Positions 27,901-42,900 of a DNA stretch of 64,000 nt are shown here, in pieces. A program made the translations under genes and the position numbers. The DNA lies in assembly GCF_964355755.1 (NCBI RefSeq), contig NC_092673.1:25169648-25233647 (forward strand), read 5' to 3'. Position 1 is the stretch's first letter, and the number at the start of each line of letters is the position of its first letter. The notes beneath the pieces are model-generated. The model did not search any database. It was not told the origin of the DNA and saw only the letters and a list, made by a program, of their open reading frames with translations. The stretch is from Antedon mediterranea. Its lineage: Eukaryota; Animalia; Echinodermata.

Positions 27901-30900
27901 CAATCATTAGGCCCTAATTTTATTTTAATGTCCTATTAAAATAAAATTAGGGCCTATAATTTTTTAAATATTGCTGTTTATCCTCTGTTGATATGTGTTC
28001 CAAATATGATAATCAATGTTTTTCTAAACTTTTTTTGCTGAAGTTTAGTTAAAGATGTATTGTCCCGCTGAAAAATATTTTTTTTTCAATTTTTTTTGTT
28101 GAATATGCCATTTTTATGTCACATAATAGTTATTGACTTCGACCAAAAATTGGACCAAACCAGTACCTGAAAAAATTGGAATTTAAAGCAAAAAATGGTC
28201 AAATTGGCTGCCAGTCAATGGATTTTTGGTGGAATTTAACCATTTATCATGTTATTTTATAAGTGAAAACATTATTTTTTTCCGTTTATTTTTTCTACGA
28301 AAGTGATTTACTTTTTTTAAACTACAAAATAACCTATTCAAAGTCTGATTTTATTAATCTTCATTTTTCATAGTATTGATTTAATAATAATAGGATGTAC
28401 CAGAACTTTCAATGGAGGGTGGTGTACATGATACTAGTCCACTTTCACCTCGGTCACCATCTATTGACAACAGCAGTGAAGACCTTTATGGCAATGACCA
28501 GCAAGGTGGAAGAGCTAATTCTAGTGAACAGCCAATGAGATCAGAACATGAAGATAATGCTGATGATTCACTGGACACCACAAATGATGACCCACCAGGT
28601 GACGATGGTGATGATGTACGGCTATTTCTAGAAGTATCCTTTGGTGATCTCTCCTTGGATACATTGTTAATGTACTTTGAAAGTAAGAGACGTTCTGGTG
28701 GTGGACCTATTGCAGGTCATAAGCTGGTTAAACCAGGAGTGGTACACATCGCATTTGAGCAACAAAAAAGTAGGTGTTTTATTACCTTCGTCTGAATGGC
28801 GAGAGGTTTATGTGGTCAATCGCATGTGTAACAAAAAGTTATTGCCAGACCTTTTACCAAATTGAAAACGCAGATATGTGGTAAACTGCATTCAATTTAG
28901 GAGGCAATCTGGACATGGATCCCAATTCTGGACCACTTTAATTATTTTACTTCTGTATGTCAAAATTACAAGACGGATCTTTATCACGATTCTTGATCTA
29001 TTTTCTTTTCTTACTGGTGGAGGTTGCAACTCCCTGATTGCTTTCTTGTTATTCATATTTTTGCTGTTGATTGAAATGGTATTATATATTTGTAGTACTT
29101 ATGCTAAAATTTACTATAATTTTAGAAAAAATTAATTTGTAAAATAATTTAAATTTGTGTGGTTTAAAATCCTGGAAAATATCCTACAATAATTAGTATT
29201 CGTAAATTATCATGTAGCATACAGTAGTTTAGAGCATAAACCATACATTTGTTAATTCATGTCAAAATGTTTCAACTTGATATCCAAATAATTTTATTAG
29301 AACTTAGAAGTGTGTAGTTTTATCTAATTGCAAACATGTGTTGGAAATTTTGTTTTATTCTTGTATAAGTTGCGGAACGTGTATCTACAAGAATACATGC
29401 TTGGGAAAAGCAACATTTAGGTGTTATCTTATTGGAAGAAAGAGGTCCAGAACCAGACACCATTGAAGTCAGTGGTTTTAGTTCCTTAATTTCTGCAGAC
29501 GTGCTTGAGCTGTATTTTGAGAACCCAAGAAAATCTGGAGGAGATGAAATTTCAAAGTCTGGTATGAATGAAGACCAAACTAAATTCACCATGAAGTTCT
29601 CAAATCCAAAAGGTACTCATTTGTTACATTTTGTATGTAATTTATGGAAATGTAATTATTACTTTTTTAAACTAAATAATAATAAACTAGATAGAAAAAT
29701 TACTACTGAGTTATAGAGACCTTTGTCACTTTTGTTTCTTCTGATCTGTTTATATGATGTTTGTATTTGTTTGTTGACCAAATAAATGAATTGAAATGAA
29801 AAAATCAATGAATTCATTCTCAAAAAAGCCTAAGGAACTTTAAGGCCTCTCATAGGACTGGGTCAATTTATGGCTATGAAGTTAAACTTTAATATTTTTT
29901 ACTATATTTCTTTTTTGTTGCAGTTGTAGAGAAGGTTCTTAGAAAAAAACATGAGTTAAGCAATTGCAAACTCATGGTTAAACGTCCTGGAAAAGAAATT
30001 TTCCGTAGGCAGGGAAAAAGGTTGTCAAGAATTGTTTCTGATTTTGAAAATGAGCCACTAGCTTCTCTAAAAAGTGATGATGATGCAAGTGTCCTGGTCA
30101 CATTTGATGAAGAGATATTGGATAGGGAAATGCTTTTGATGTACTTTGAGAGTGAAAAATATTCTAGTGGTGGGGACATTTCAAAATCGCATTTACACCA
30201 ACCAGGAAGTCTAATAATAAAATTCAACAAAATTGGAGGTACCATTTTGTTTGTATTATATCACATTTTATTAAGGTTATTTTGGTTATGATATCTAATT
30301 TTTCATTAAACCATTTTTCTCTGCAATTCTCAGTATTGCCATCATAATCAGTTTATTATGTTTACCTTGAAGATCTGTGCTGTTCTCTAGTAGTATTACT
30401 GCTACATGTACAAAAATGAAATGCAACTTTTGGTATATATTTTGTTTACAATTTTAATCCATCAAATTTATTTTAAAAATTAGTTGCAAATCAAGTTTGC
30501 AGTCGGTCACATAAATGTCAAGGGCAACATGTAGATGTTTCTTTAATTGAGGAACTTGATCCTGCACCAAACACTATAGAAGTCAGTGGTTTTCCTCCTA
30601 TGATTGGAGCAGAAACACTTGAGATGTATTTCGAGAACAAGCGATCAGGTGGAGGAAATTTAGTGTCTTCTAAATTGAGTGAAGATGAAAGTAAATTTAT
30701 TGCAACATTTGAAAATGATCAAAGTAAGTATGTAAATGTACAGTAACCATTTGTCAATGTGATTAATTATTTAATATACAGTATTTATTATTGTTTATTA
30801 TTTTTATGCAGCAGGTGAAGAACATGTTAACATGTATGCAACATTATCAACTGCCTGAACAGCAATTAAATATTCTATCATCTTATTTTGAAAAGCAGTT

Positions 30901-33900
30901 TCATCCAAAATATTTATGTTATGTGTTTTTATAATACTGTTGACATAGTAACCTTGCCTTCCTATCCTATGATTAATGATACAATATTTATGTTTGTGGT
31001 ACTGTAGATTATCAGGGAACTCGGAAAAAAAATGTATTGTCAATTTTATTTGTTTACATATATTTTTTGCATTTCAGTTGTGGAAAGAGTTCTTGCACGA
31101 GACCACAAGATAAACAGGTGTCCACTTGTTGTTAAACGCCCTAACAAAGAATGGAAGTTTAAGGATAGTGTGGATAAGTCAGTACTTGAAGTACATGGAG
31201 CTGATGAAAACATTGACACAGACATTTTACAAATGTATTTTGAATCAAAGAAATCTGGTGGTAATGGTGAAGATGTTAACGCTGAGTATGATGTAGATAG
31301 AAATGTGTGGACGGTTAGGTTTTCAAGTTCTGAAGGTAATTTAGGCATTATGCTAAAAACTGAACATTCACTTATGCATTGTCTTAATTTAAAAAATATA
31401 TATATATTTTGGTTTAATTTAAACTGAACTTAGAATTTAAATATTAACATAAAAAGTAAAAAATACATTTTATGCAAATAATGAGCTCTTGCTCACAAGT
31501 AACAGCACCAACACTTGTAAAAAAAAAACATTCTAATTGTTCATTGTGAATATTTTGTTCTATTGATGTTGAATCAAAATAAAATAACTTTTTATTTATC
31601 ATACTGCATTTTAATTCAGTTGCTGCTAGTGTGTTGAACAAATCAAGTCATAAATTAGGCAAGAGAGATATTAAAGTTCAGAGGCCACAACTTAAAAAGA
31701 AGATTTTTAGTAACAAGCCTAATGCTAAAAAAGTAAAACAGCAAGAGGATGAGGACACTGTTCCATTGGTAGTGGAAAAGGTGGATTCCTCAATATCGGA
31801 TGACCATATGAGATTATACTTTGAAAGCAAGAAGAAATCTTGTGGAGGACCAATTGCTTTAATGCAGAAGAACCAGAAAGTTACTGGTAGTTGGATCATA
31901 CATTTTCAACAAAATGGAGGTACATTATAGTTTTGAAAGCTTTATTGATTTTCTCCACAAATTGATAATATGCCTCATTGAAACAAATTACACTATTAGT
32001 AAAATATATGTGAGGAAGGAGTTTTGTAAACAGTGAAACATCTTCATTATAATTTAAAACAAATTTAAACAAACCAAGGCTTTACAAAAAAACACCCAAT
32101 CATAATTTATTTTTTAGTTTCATTGTAAAACATTTGTATTTATAGTTGCTGAGGCAGTAGTTCAACAAAAGCATCATGAGCTGTCTGGAACAAGATTGAC
32201 AGTTAGACTTGGAATGAAGCAAGTTAAAAGACCTCTCAATAAGAATTGTTTGCTGATTACTGATCTTCCAAAACAATTAAATGAGGAAATGTTTGACCTC
32301 TATTTGGAAAAAGTTACTTTAATGAGTGAACCAACAGTCAAGTTTGGAAAAGATCCTACAAAAGCTATGGTGACTTATGCAGACCCTATTAATGGTAATA
32401 TATTATTTACCTAAATTATTGTATTGTATTGTGGAAATTGAGCAAGAGCTGTTGGTTAAATGTTACTGTGACTATAATGGTACTATGGTAATAGTGGTAA
32501 TATGATATAATGTATCTTATAGTTCTATATGTTCAAAACAAATGTGTGAATATGTACTTCATACATATTATAAAATGAAAAACTAGTAAATACTTTTTCA
32601 TATATTAACAAAAATAATGCACCCTTGTTATTTGTTTTGACAGATATTGATGAGGTGATATCAAACATTAAAGAAGAAAAACTTTGTGATGTAACAATCA
32701 ATGCGAAGAAAGTGTTTGATGTTGACACAGTCATTGTGAAGAACTTGAAAAAGTCATGTAAAAAGGAGATGTTGAAACTTTATTTTGAAAATCCTAGCAG
32801 AAGTGGTGGAGGACCAATACAAGAAATGTATCTGGATAAAGAAAGAGGAGAAGGAACATTACAATTTGCCAACTACAAAGGTAGGATTCAGATTGTTTAA
32901 CCTCATATTCTGAGTTTGGTAAATTTCAATGGTCCATGAATTTAGAGATACAGCAGTTAAATTAAAAACAAAAAAATGTTTTATTTCAGTTGTACAGTCA
33001 GTTTGTAAAAGAAAACACAAACTTGACAATAAGGATCTGGAAATTTGTCTATGCCATGACGAAATCGGTGAATTTGTGTCAGATGGATCTCAATGGATTC
33101 CAGATCCAGTTTCTGTCAAGGTAGATCCTTACCTTTTGACGTTTGCTTGTAAGAATCAAGAGTTCATGAATAAACTATCTGCTGCTGGAATACAAATAAA
33201 GTTTGATAAAGATTCCCCTGATGTTGTAAAATTGCATGTTGATTCTGCATTTGACCTTAAAAATATTCATGATTGGAATAAATATGCTACAAGCACTTTC
33301 AAACGTCTCTGTGATCAATTTGATATAAAGTGGTTGGATATTGGAGATGAATGCTTTGAAGATTTCCAGCCATACGTTGAAAAGGCAGCTGCAGAAGATG
33401 TTGAATTGCAACTAGATGACTCCTCACCATCCCTGATAATTGTAGGAGTAAGGCATGTTGTTGATAACACATTCCAACAGCTTGCACAACAACTCAAGAT
33501 CATGAATGATGAAATCAAAAGGAAAAAGGACATAGTAGTGAAATCTGAGAAGTGTAAGGCCTTAAAAATTAAAAAGATTCATTTGCTCAATTTTGAAGAA
33601 ACTTCTAAGAGTAAATTTGGAGTAGATTTTGTTGTCGATGATAATAGCAGTACAATAACATTTACAGGACTTCCCAGTGACATAGATTCAGCTTCTTTGT
33701 GTCTTTACAAAGATTTAGAGAACATTGTAGAGGTTTCTTTTCTGTGTGAATCTGCTGAGATTTCCAATTTTCTAAAGAAATTCTATGATGATGTCATACG
33801 TGTTCAAAAAGATAATCATCTCCACATTGAATATGTTGTAGAGGAAAACCGTGTAAAAGTGTATTCTACTTCTATTGAAGATGCCAAGGCTACAAGATCA

Positions 33901-36900
33901 TCTATTGAGAAAATTATAAAAAGCAAGACATATCCTCTTCCAAGTGATAAAGTCAAAGTATTGAAATCAGCTGAAGGCAAAGAATTGCTTGCATATTTTA
34001 AAGCACTAGAATTGTTGACGATTGGAGATGTTTCTCAAGCAAAGGGTGAAACCTGCATCATAATTACAGGATTTGACACAGTTGTTGGTCAAGTTGTAGA
34101 CAAACTAAATGAATTTTTACTTACCAACCAGATAGTGGAGAAAAAAAAACCTACCGAAAGAGGAGTAGTTCTGTTATTAGAAAAACATCATTCACACGAA
34201 ATTTCTTCTATAGAAAATGCTTTGGAAGCATCATTTGTGAAGTTAATACCTAAGGCAGACCTTGGGTGTGTTTTAATCAGAGGAAATCGCAGTGGTATTG
34301 ACAAAGCTACTGAAAAGATAATAGTATTTGAAAGCAAAGTGCAGATAGGGAAACATTTGATATCTAAACCAGGTATGGCAAGCTATTTTAAGAGCGAAGA
34401 TAAAGGAAGAAGAGATTTAAAATCTGTAGAAAATATCTTCAAGTGTATTATAGAGGTTGATGGCAAGTTTACAAGCAGTGAATCAAAGCAAGTACTGTTG
34501 CGACACAAGTTACAAAGAGGAGTTGAGTTGACCATTTGTAAATCAGATATGACTGAAATGAATGTTGATGTTATTGTGAATGCTGCAAATGACCGACTTC
34601 AACATATCGGTGGATTGGCTAAAGCTATTGTTGATGCAGGTAAGCATTTTATATACTAGTCAAATTCAAGGGAGTCTATAATAATTGTATTTACTCAATA
34701 TAAATAATAAGATATATTTTTTAAATTTTTTTACAACTGATTTCCGTGAATGAAACAACAAACAGCAATTTCTTCATTTTTTAAATATCTTTTTATGTTC
34801 TTAGGAGGAAAAGAAATACAGATAGAAAGTGATAAGATAATGACATCTCGAGGTGGTGTGCTTCTGTCAGGAGAAGTGGTCTTAACGGATGCTGGTAAAC
34901 TTCCATGCAAAAAGGTTATTCATACTGTTGGTCCAAGGTATAAATCAAACCAACAACTGAAAATGAAAATGTTTCTCATGAAGTCAGTGACAGGTGCCTA
35001 TGAAGAAGCAGAGAAATATAGATTCACTTCTATTGCAATGCCAGCCATCAGTTCTGGGGTGTATGGCTACCCTTTAGCACCATGCACACAAGCGATCTTA
35101 GAAGCAACTAAGGAGTACTTTGATGACAATCCTGGGTCAACACTACAGCAAGTGTATTTTTTAAGCAACGACAGTAATGTTTGTAAAGCGTTCGAGTCTG
35201 CTATGAAAGTTGTCTTCCAAGTAGAGCAGGAAGATGATGATGATGATGGTTTCATAATGCTTCATGACAATGAAGACCTCGCAGGAGCTGCCATGGCAAT
35301 GCCAGCTAGACCAAGTTCTGGATTAAAGATATCTGGTGATGTAGTAACAACAAAAGAAGGAATTACAATTAGGCTTGTTAAAGGAAAGATTGAAGATTCT
35401 AAGGTTTGTATTGTTTCTGTTCAGGAGCAATAACTTCATCGTCATCCTGGCTGAAATCCCATTTGATTAAAGTCACTAAAAAACTGACATCCTGACTGAA
35501 GAATTCCCACTATAAATTCAGTATTGGCCAATAATCATGGTTATTATCACACTGGTCAAAATTACCATTTTCCAGTGGGCTTATCAGTATTTGGAATTTT
35601 GAAACCAAGTGTCTTTATTTAGTTTTTGCTTCAAATATATAAATAACCCAGTAAATGGTTCAGTTAATATTATATTGCTCTATATACTTCTCTTCAGGTG
35701 GATGTCATTGTAAATACAACTTCAGGAAATTTCAACCTCAACTGTGGTAATGTTTCAAAAGCTCTTCTTAAAGCTGCTGGTGCCCAACTTCAGCAGGAGT
35801 GTAGTACTGCAAGAGCTGCTAAACAAAATATGTTGACAAAAGAATTCATTGAAACAGGTCCTGCTTCACTGAAGTGTAAAAAAGTATTCCACACATCATC
35901 ACAGGCATATAATGGACAAAACTCCATACAGGTTTGTTTTTCTTTAAAATTCTATTTAGGTTTTTGTATGGCGCCCAATTGAGCTTCAAAATTAAAAAGT
36001 AAAACTAAAGTTCTTAAGCTTAATTCCTAAAACTGTTTGGCTCTTCTGGTCTTTGATATTTTTCATGATTGTTGTTCTTTTTTGTTTGTTTTGTGCTTGT
36101 GTGTAATTTTATATGCATTTTTTTAACATTCACATGCAATTCAGCCTTGTGCTGCCATGTTTGTTTTTTGTGTGCAATTTTTGAATAATTATATAGAGAT
36201 ATAACATTCTGCATAAATGCACTGCCTTTTGTTCACCATCAAAACATACAAAACTGCCAAAAAGTCAAAATAAAAGTCTTCAAAACAACACTAAATAAAT
36301 ATCTTTACAAATTCATTTCACTTTTTTTTTAAAATTGACTTTCATTTATGGACATTTATTTATCAATGCATAGAAATACAAATGTAAAATACATTGAAAG
36401 GGAATATAAGTGTTGTTTTGCATCCCTAGAAATAAAAAATACAAGACCAAAAACAAACAAAAAAGACAGTGTTCTTAACCTTAGAGTAATTGTTCATGTG
36501 GATTAATAATATGAGAGATAATATTTTTTTAAGTTGAACAAGAAGTGAATTTTTATATTATACGATTACAGTAGAATTCAACCTATTAAACACCTCTCTT
36601 CAAGGAACACTCCTATTAGGTAACACTTTCCTGTGTGGGAAATATATGTTTTAATACTATAGCTGACACCTATCCAAAGTACACCCTTATTAAAGGGACA
36701 CTTTTTTGGGTCCAGAATGTGTAGGGGTTCTACCGTAATTGGAAAACATAATTTCTTCCAGCAATTCAAAAATCAATATTGACATTTTTTAGGATATGAG
36801 AGAACTTTTAAAGAACCTATTATTGTCAGCATCCACCATGCAGATGCAGTCAATTGCAATTCCTGCTTTAGGAACTGGAAATCTGGGATATCCAGCTGAT

Positions 36901-39900
36901 ACCGTAGCTAAAATCATGTATGAGGAAGCTATAGGTTTCAGTGCAAATCATCCACAGAGCAATCTAAAGAAAATTCATTTTTTGACTTATCACAAAGATA
37001 ATAGAACTATTCAGGTTTGTTTTTAATTTAATATACTGAACATTTTCAACAATATAGTGTAAATTGATTGACAAATATTTGCTTCTGTAAATGTGGTGTT
37101 TTTTAGAAAAAGAAATTCAACAGATAAAACCCTATACATTTTTCCTACCATTACATTAAACTCAACCAGTGCGGTGTACCTTTTTATGAAAATAAAAAAC
37201 TTTAATCATGTTGTTTATAGTTCTGACACAGACAGGACTTTTTAAAAATGATTATACAACAGTGACCCCAGATCCCAGCAAATTTCTGTTTAATTAACAA
37301 CATTTCCTATTCTATTTTAGGCATTCGTCTCTGAGATCAAGAATTTGAAGTACCCAGAAAACAAACAAGGGAAAACACTCAAAAAGCCACAAAAGGGTAA
37401 AGAAGCAGATGAGTTTTATTTTGTATAGGATCTAAGATTTATTTACATTTATTTTTAGTTAAAATATATTTTGATATGTCCTTTAGATAGTAGTCTTTTA
37501 ATAGTAAAAATTTCTCATTGTAACTATTCATGCCATAGCAATGACAATAAACTTACATTAATTAATTACATTACATTAATACACTGTATTACACACTGTA
37601 TCATAAAACATGTGAAAAAAGAAATGAATGAGAAATTAAAAGAAAAGATGGGATTTGAGACTTAAATAGTGTGAGAGATGGAGATATACACAGAGTAATT
37701 GGGAGCTGATTCTAAATCTTTGAAACAGCAACATACAGTTGAAGGAATACAAACAATTATATTATTATTTGGATATTATGGAATAAATTGATATACAAAT
37801 ATGAATGTTTATGAGTTGGATGGTGAGAATATTTCATGTTGAGTTGAACAATTGAAAATTTGATTTTCCAATGAATAAAAAACATTCTCTATCTGTTTTA
37901 TAACACACCTACATTTATTCAATTTTCCGATGTAAATCATTAACGAATGCTAGGCTGGGAAGCTAGGCCATAGGAGTAGAACAGTTATAGATGGCGCTCA
38001 CAAGTTGATTTCCGAACCTGTTCAGTCAACAACGTCACGTGGCAAAAATTCTCAATATTTTTACGGAAATATGAACGTGCATTAGAGCCATTCATTATCA
38101 CCATTAGATCACTTTTTCATTAGATAGGACCAATTCCAAATAATACTTGATGTGTCATTGACCAATCAAATTGCAAGTTTACAATCAGCTGTGTTGTAAT
38201 ACTTGATACTGAATTGATTGATACTTTTTAAATATTAATGTCAAGTTTTCTTGCATTATATCCAGCTTATGAGAATGTATCTACTCCTTCAACTTCCTCA
38301 CCGTACAAAAACTTTAAAAAATTAAATAAACTTCAGGCAGAGATGGAAATAGGAAGTGTAACTGTTACGATTGCACAAGGAGATATAACAATTAGTGATG
38401 CAGATGCTATTGTCAATTTAACTTCAAGTGCTTTTGATTTGAGTTATGGTAAGTAATCATAATTAAAGTCTGTTTTTCTGTCAATGTTAATCGATGCTAT
38501 CATTAACAATAATCGGCGATCTACGTAATATTGAAATGTTAACAATTTACAGGAAAGGTACTCGCTGACGTTATCATTTTCAAACGATCGTCGTTGAACT
38601 GTTAACGATCAACGACGACGATAGCGTTGAATAACGTCGACAGAAAAACAGGCTTAAGATGATCAAATATGGACAGGGCTGGTAAATTTATGATGGCCTC
38701 AGTCATTTAATACACATGTACATCTACTAAATTATGCATATTCATAAAATGTTTTATAGAAAATAGATATCTTCGTCATTTTTACAATTTCTTTTTTGGC
38801 TAATAGGAGCTGTTTCGAAAGCAATTCTTACAGCAGGAGGAAATGCCATTCAATCAGAGTGTCTACAAAACCAAAAAAGATGTAAGTATGTGTAGACATT
38901 TTTTGTTAAATTACTAAAGTAGTATGTAATAGTATACTGATATCTATATTGCTTTTTGCTTATTTTATGATCAAAATTTATCAAATTAATACTTTTCAAA
39001 CTATAAGAAAAATCCTACTAAATGAAAGTGTTTGAACATACATTGTACATCTCTGTTTTTTTTAAATACATATTACATTTTTACACTTCTTTGCTAGTTA
39101 ATTATTATTAAAGTGGACTGCTCACCATCATTGAAAGTATTGAAACTTTGTTTGTTTGTTTTTATGTAGCCCCAACAGAGGAGGTGTGGACAGGTCCTGG
39201 TAGTCTGAACTGTGGTGGAATTTGCCATCTTCCTATTCCTAGGGATGACGATGAAAGGCTTAAAGCAATGTTAGTTAGAATAATGAGAACCGTCAACAAA
39301 CGGCAGAATGATACACTGGCATTTCCAGCAATTGGTACAGGTAATGTAGTCATGTGTATAATTATATTCATTTCAAAATAATATATGTAGTACTATTTAG
39401 TTCAGTGATTGTTTGATTACACATTTGTAGTATTGAATCCGACCAAGCCCTAACCACTACAAATAAGCTATAGCTTAGCAAAATGCACAAATTAAAGTTG
39501 CCTTCTCATATTTTTTGTTTTTCAATGTCATCCTAAAACTTGAGTTAATGAAATAGGCTAATTTTTAAATTATTTTCCATGCAAATAGATATGGGTTTTT
39601 TTTAATTCTAGGAAACATTGGAAAATCATCTAAAGAAGCAGCTACATTCATATTAGGATGTATTTGTGAATTTTCCATGAAAGATAAGCCAACTTCCTTG
39701 GAAAATATCTCGATAATTGTGTTTGATAAATCTATGACCAAAGAATTTATATCTGCAATGCAAGATATGGAGGGTGAAAAATACAAGGAGAAAAGTTTTC
39801 TTCAGAGAGGTGTTGGTAAGTTGTGTACCTTACATATTAAGGAATTATTTGCATTTTATTGCAAAAATGTCCAGATAATTGCCAACATTTAGAATAGTGA

Positions 39901-42900
39901 AAAGGATGTCCAATGGAGAAATTAGATCTCAGTTTATTTGTGATTGTTAACTCTTTCTAATGTCTAATACTGTGGTAATGGACTTAATAGGCTTAATCCC
40001 CAAATATGGTCTTAGCTGTACTTTGAGTGTTTAACTCTCATAAACTAAAAGCTTTATATTGGAATGTATACCCCTGGTTTGGCATCTGAATTTATATGAA
40101 CAATGAATAACAAAATAATATTTTTCCATTATAGATTTTGTGAAGTCAAAGATGTGGGGAGTGGAGGATGAAGACTGGACTGATACAAGTCCAAAACTTA
40201 CTTTGAAAATTCTATCACTAGATGAAAAAGAAATACAAGGAGCAAAGGGCAAAATACAATCAATAATAACTGAGGAAACAACAGAAAAGGTGACTTTTTA
40301 ATAATAAAAAATACCTATTTCATTTTACAGAACATAGTTTATGATATAAATTTACTGCATGCATATAAATACATATATTACATAGCCTATGTAAATACGC
40401 TAACGTGATTGGTTGAAACTGCATCACATGACTACCGCTGCGAGGATCGTAAATCGTATATATCCTCGAGAACGATGATATTGACTGTGTAATTTTCGCG
40501 TAATTATCGTGTCCCCTGTCATTAAACATATAGATTCTCGAGTACGATGATATTGACTGTGTAATTTTCGTGTGCGAACACTCGCGTTGCCGATAAATAA
40601 ACAAAAGTCATCAACTCGATCTTGAACTCGGGTGGAATTGTCACTCCATCGCAAGACAACGCTTCAACCGTTGCGCCACGGAAGTTGCTTGAAGAAATTA
40701 ATCTTCTAAACTATTTAAACTATGCATACATAGCGCCCTCATTTGTTATAAGTCCACCCTAAATGTGATGAAACACCGTTTGTGATTGGTCAATACTCAC
40801 GGTAGTAACCTAGTAAGTAGTACGCGCTGAACATCCGGTGATTCGGCTCCTCGAAGATCGAGAAGAAGACGAATTGTTTATTCGGCCTACCTGATTATAA
40901 TATTATTATTTTTAATAGGCTTATTGATGGAAATTCTTCTGTTAATTTAAACGACCTAGGCCTAAGTGAATATTTTATTGCCAAGGAATCATTAATTAGT
41001 AATTATCTGTATATTATTCTTCGCAAGGTAAGGTGTCTAGGCAGGCTTGTTTAAATACAATACAAATACTATAGGAGGCCTAGCCTAGCTTCACCCAACC
41101 CAGCAGACTTGTTCTTGGCTATATAATATAACAGATATTGCCTTTTATATCGGTTAAATATAAGATTTGACATCCCCTCGGGAATGATATTAAGTTCTCG
41201 GGGAATATATATTTCCCTCAGCTGGCGCTTCGGGAAATATATATTCCCTCGAACTTAATATCATTCCCTCGGGGATGTCAAATCTTATATTTAACCTCTA
41301 AGCAGTCAATATCTGTATAATATTAAAGCAGAATAAGTTAGGTTTTTACAAGATGGTTCAGCAAAGCTGTGTTTTGTGCACTATGTCATGACTTCTGTAG
41401 AAAAACGTTCCAGAGACAGAAGACAAATTTCAGTTCTGTTTGAATGGTGCTTGGTAATGTTGGTAATGAACACTGTATGCATTGTTTTTGCACTAGATAT
41501 TACACAAAGATGTTTTCAGCCAATTTACACAAGGACACCAAGTAAAGCTAAACAAGATAGCTTGCAAATATGAGGTACTATTATACTTTGTTTGCTCAAA
41601 TTTGTTCATGTGCTTAAATTTAAGGTGCTTGGTTTATGTCAAATACAAACAATAGAACACATGTAGTTATTTTAAGGAGGAACCCAAAAGTTAATGACTG
41701 GTGGGCGAAAAATATAATAGTCTTTTTTGTGGTGAGACCTCACATCTTTATAAAAATAATTTTGTATCAGGTTGAAATTGATACCAGAAGGATCAAGTCA
41801 AACACTGTTGAACTACGTGGCAGAACTGTTAATGTAATGAGTGCTCAAGAGGCCATCTTTGATATGACAGATACGATACACAAAGCCGAAAAAGAAGAAA
41901 AAGAGAAGAAGTTGATTTTAAAGGAGGTTAAATGGTTTTACACCAGTGAAGAAAATGAAGTGGTTGAATTTGATGATGATATTACAGTTTTGTTGGAAAG
42001 AGCCCATAAAAAGAAAGAGAAAAAACTAAAATATACTGCGAGTAATAATCATAAATATGAAGTGAACCTGGAAAATATGGAAGAAACTGATTTAACTTAC
42101 AGTAAAACTTGTAGCGTCATTCGTCAAGAAGTCAATGGTATTGTAACATATACATCTCCATTTTTTTTCATCAAAAAAAAATAATTTCTGTAGGGAAAAA
42201 TATTTATGCATACACCAGATTCAGAAAGCATCACTATTTGTTGTAATAAGTATCATAAATTATGGATAAATAGTTTTATTATTACTATTTATTATTAAAT
42301 ATATTATATTTTTAAAGAGTCAAACAATTTATTTGACAACAATAACAATAATATAATAATTTATTTTGATCTAGTGTACAAATTGTTATTATTTAGATGG
42401 AATAAGTGTTCCTGTCTCTTGGAAAAAGAATCAAAGTCAACTACTAGAAGTTATCGATGTAGTTACAGGTAGTAGCGAATATCAACTTGTGAACAGTCAG
42501 TTTACTGCTGCTTTGAATGGGCAGTATCAAGTACAATCTATTGTTAAGGTATGGTACTATATGATAAAATTTAACTAGTTATTTTTACATTAACATTATA
42601 AACTGTATCATAGTAAATCTATTGATAACAATAACTCTTGGAAATAGATCATATTAAAGAAAAATGAAATGACAAAAATGACAGAAACTATGTCGAAACT
42701 AGCCATGTGTTTCAAATAAATTGCAACGGCAATTGAATGTTTAATTATTATAGATAAGTCGCATTCAAAATGTTGAGTTGTGGAAGCAATATGCTGCTAA
42801 AAAAGAAACCTTTGCAAAGACTATGGCAGGCCAACAGTTTGAAAAAGTGCTATACCATGGTACTGATGAAGGAACCATTGACAAGATCAACAAAGGAGGT

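Noticed and set aside
9080-39786. Minus-strand ORFs overlapping PARP14 exons (e.g. 13251-13652, 29889-30245, 31046-31348)
   Set aside because: Antisense shadows of coding exons; Ser/Phe-rich with no motifs.
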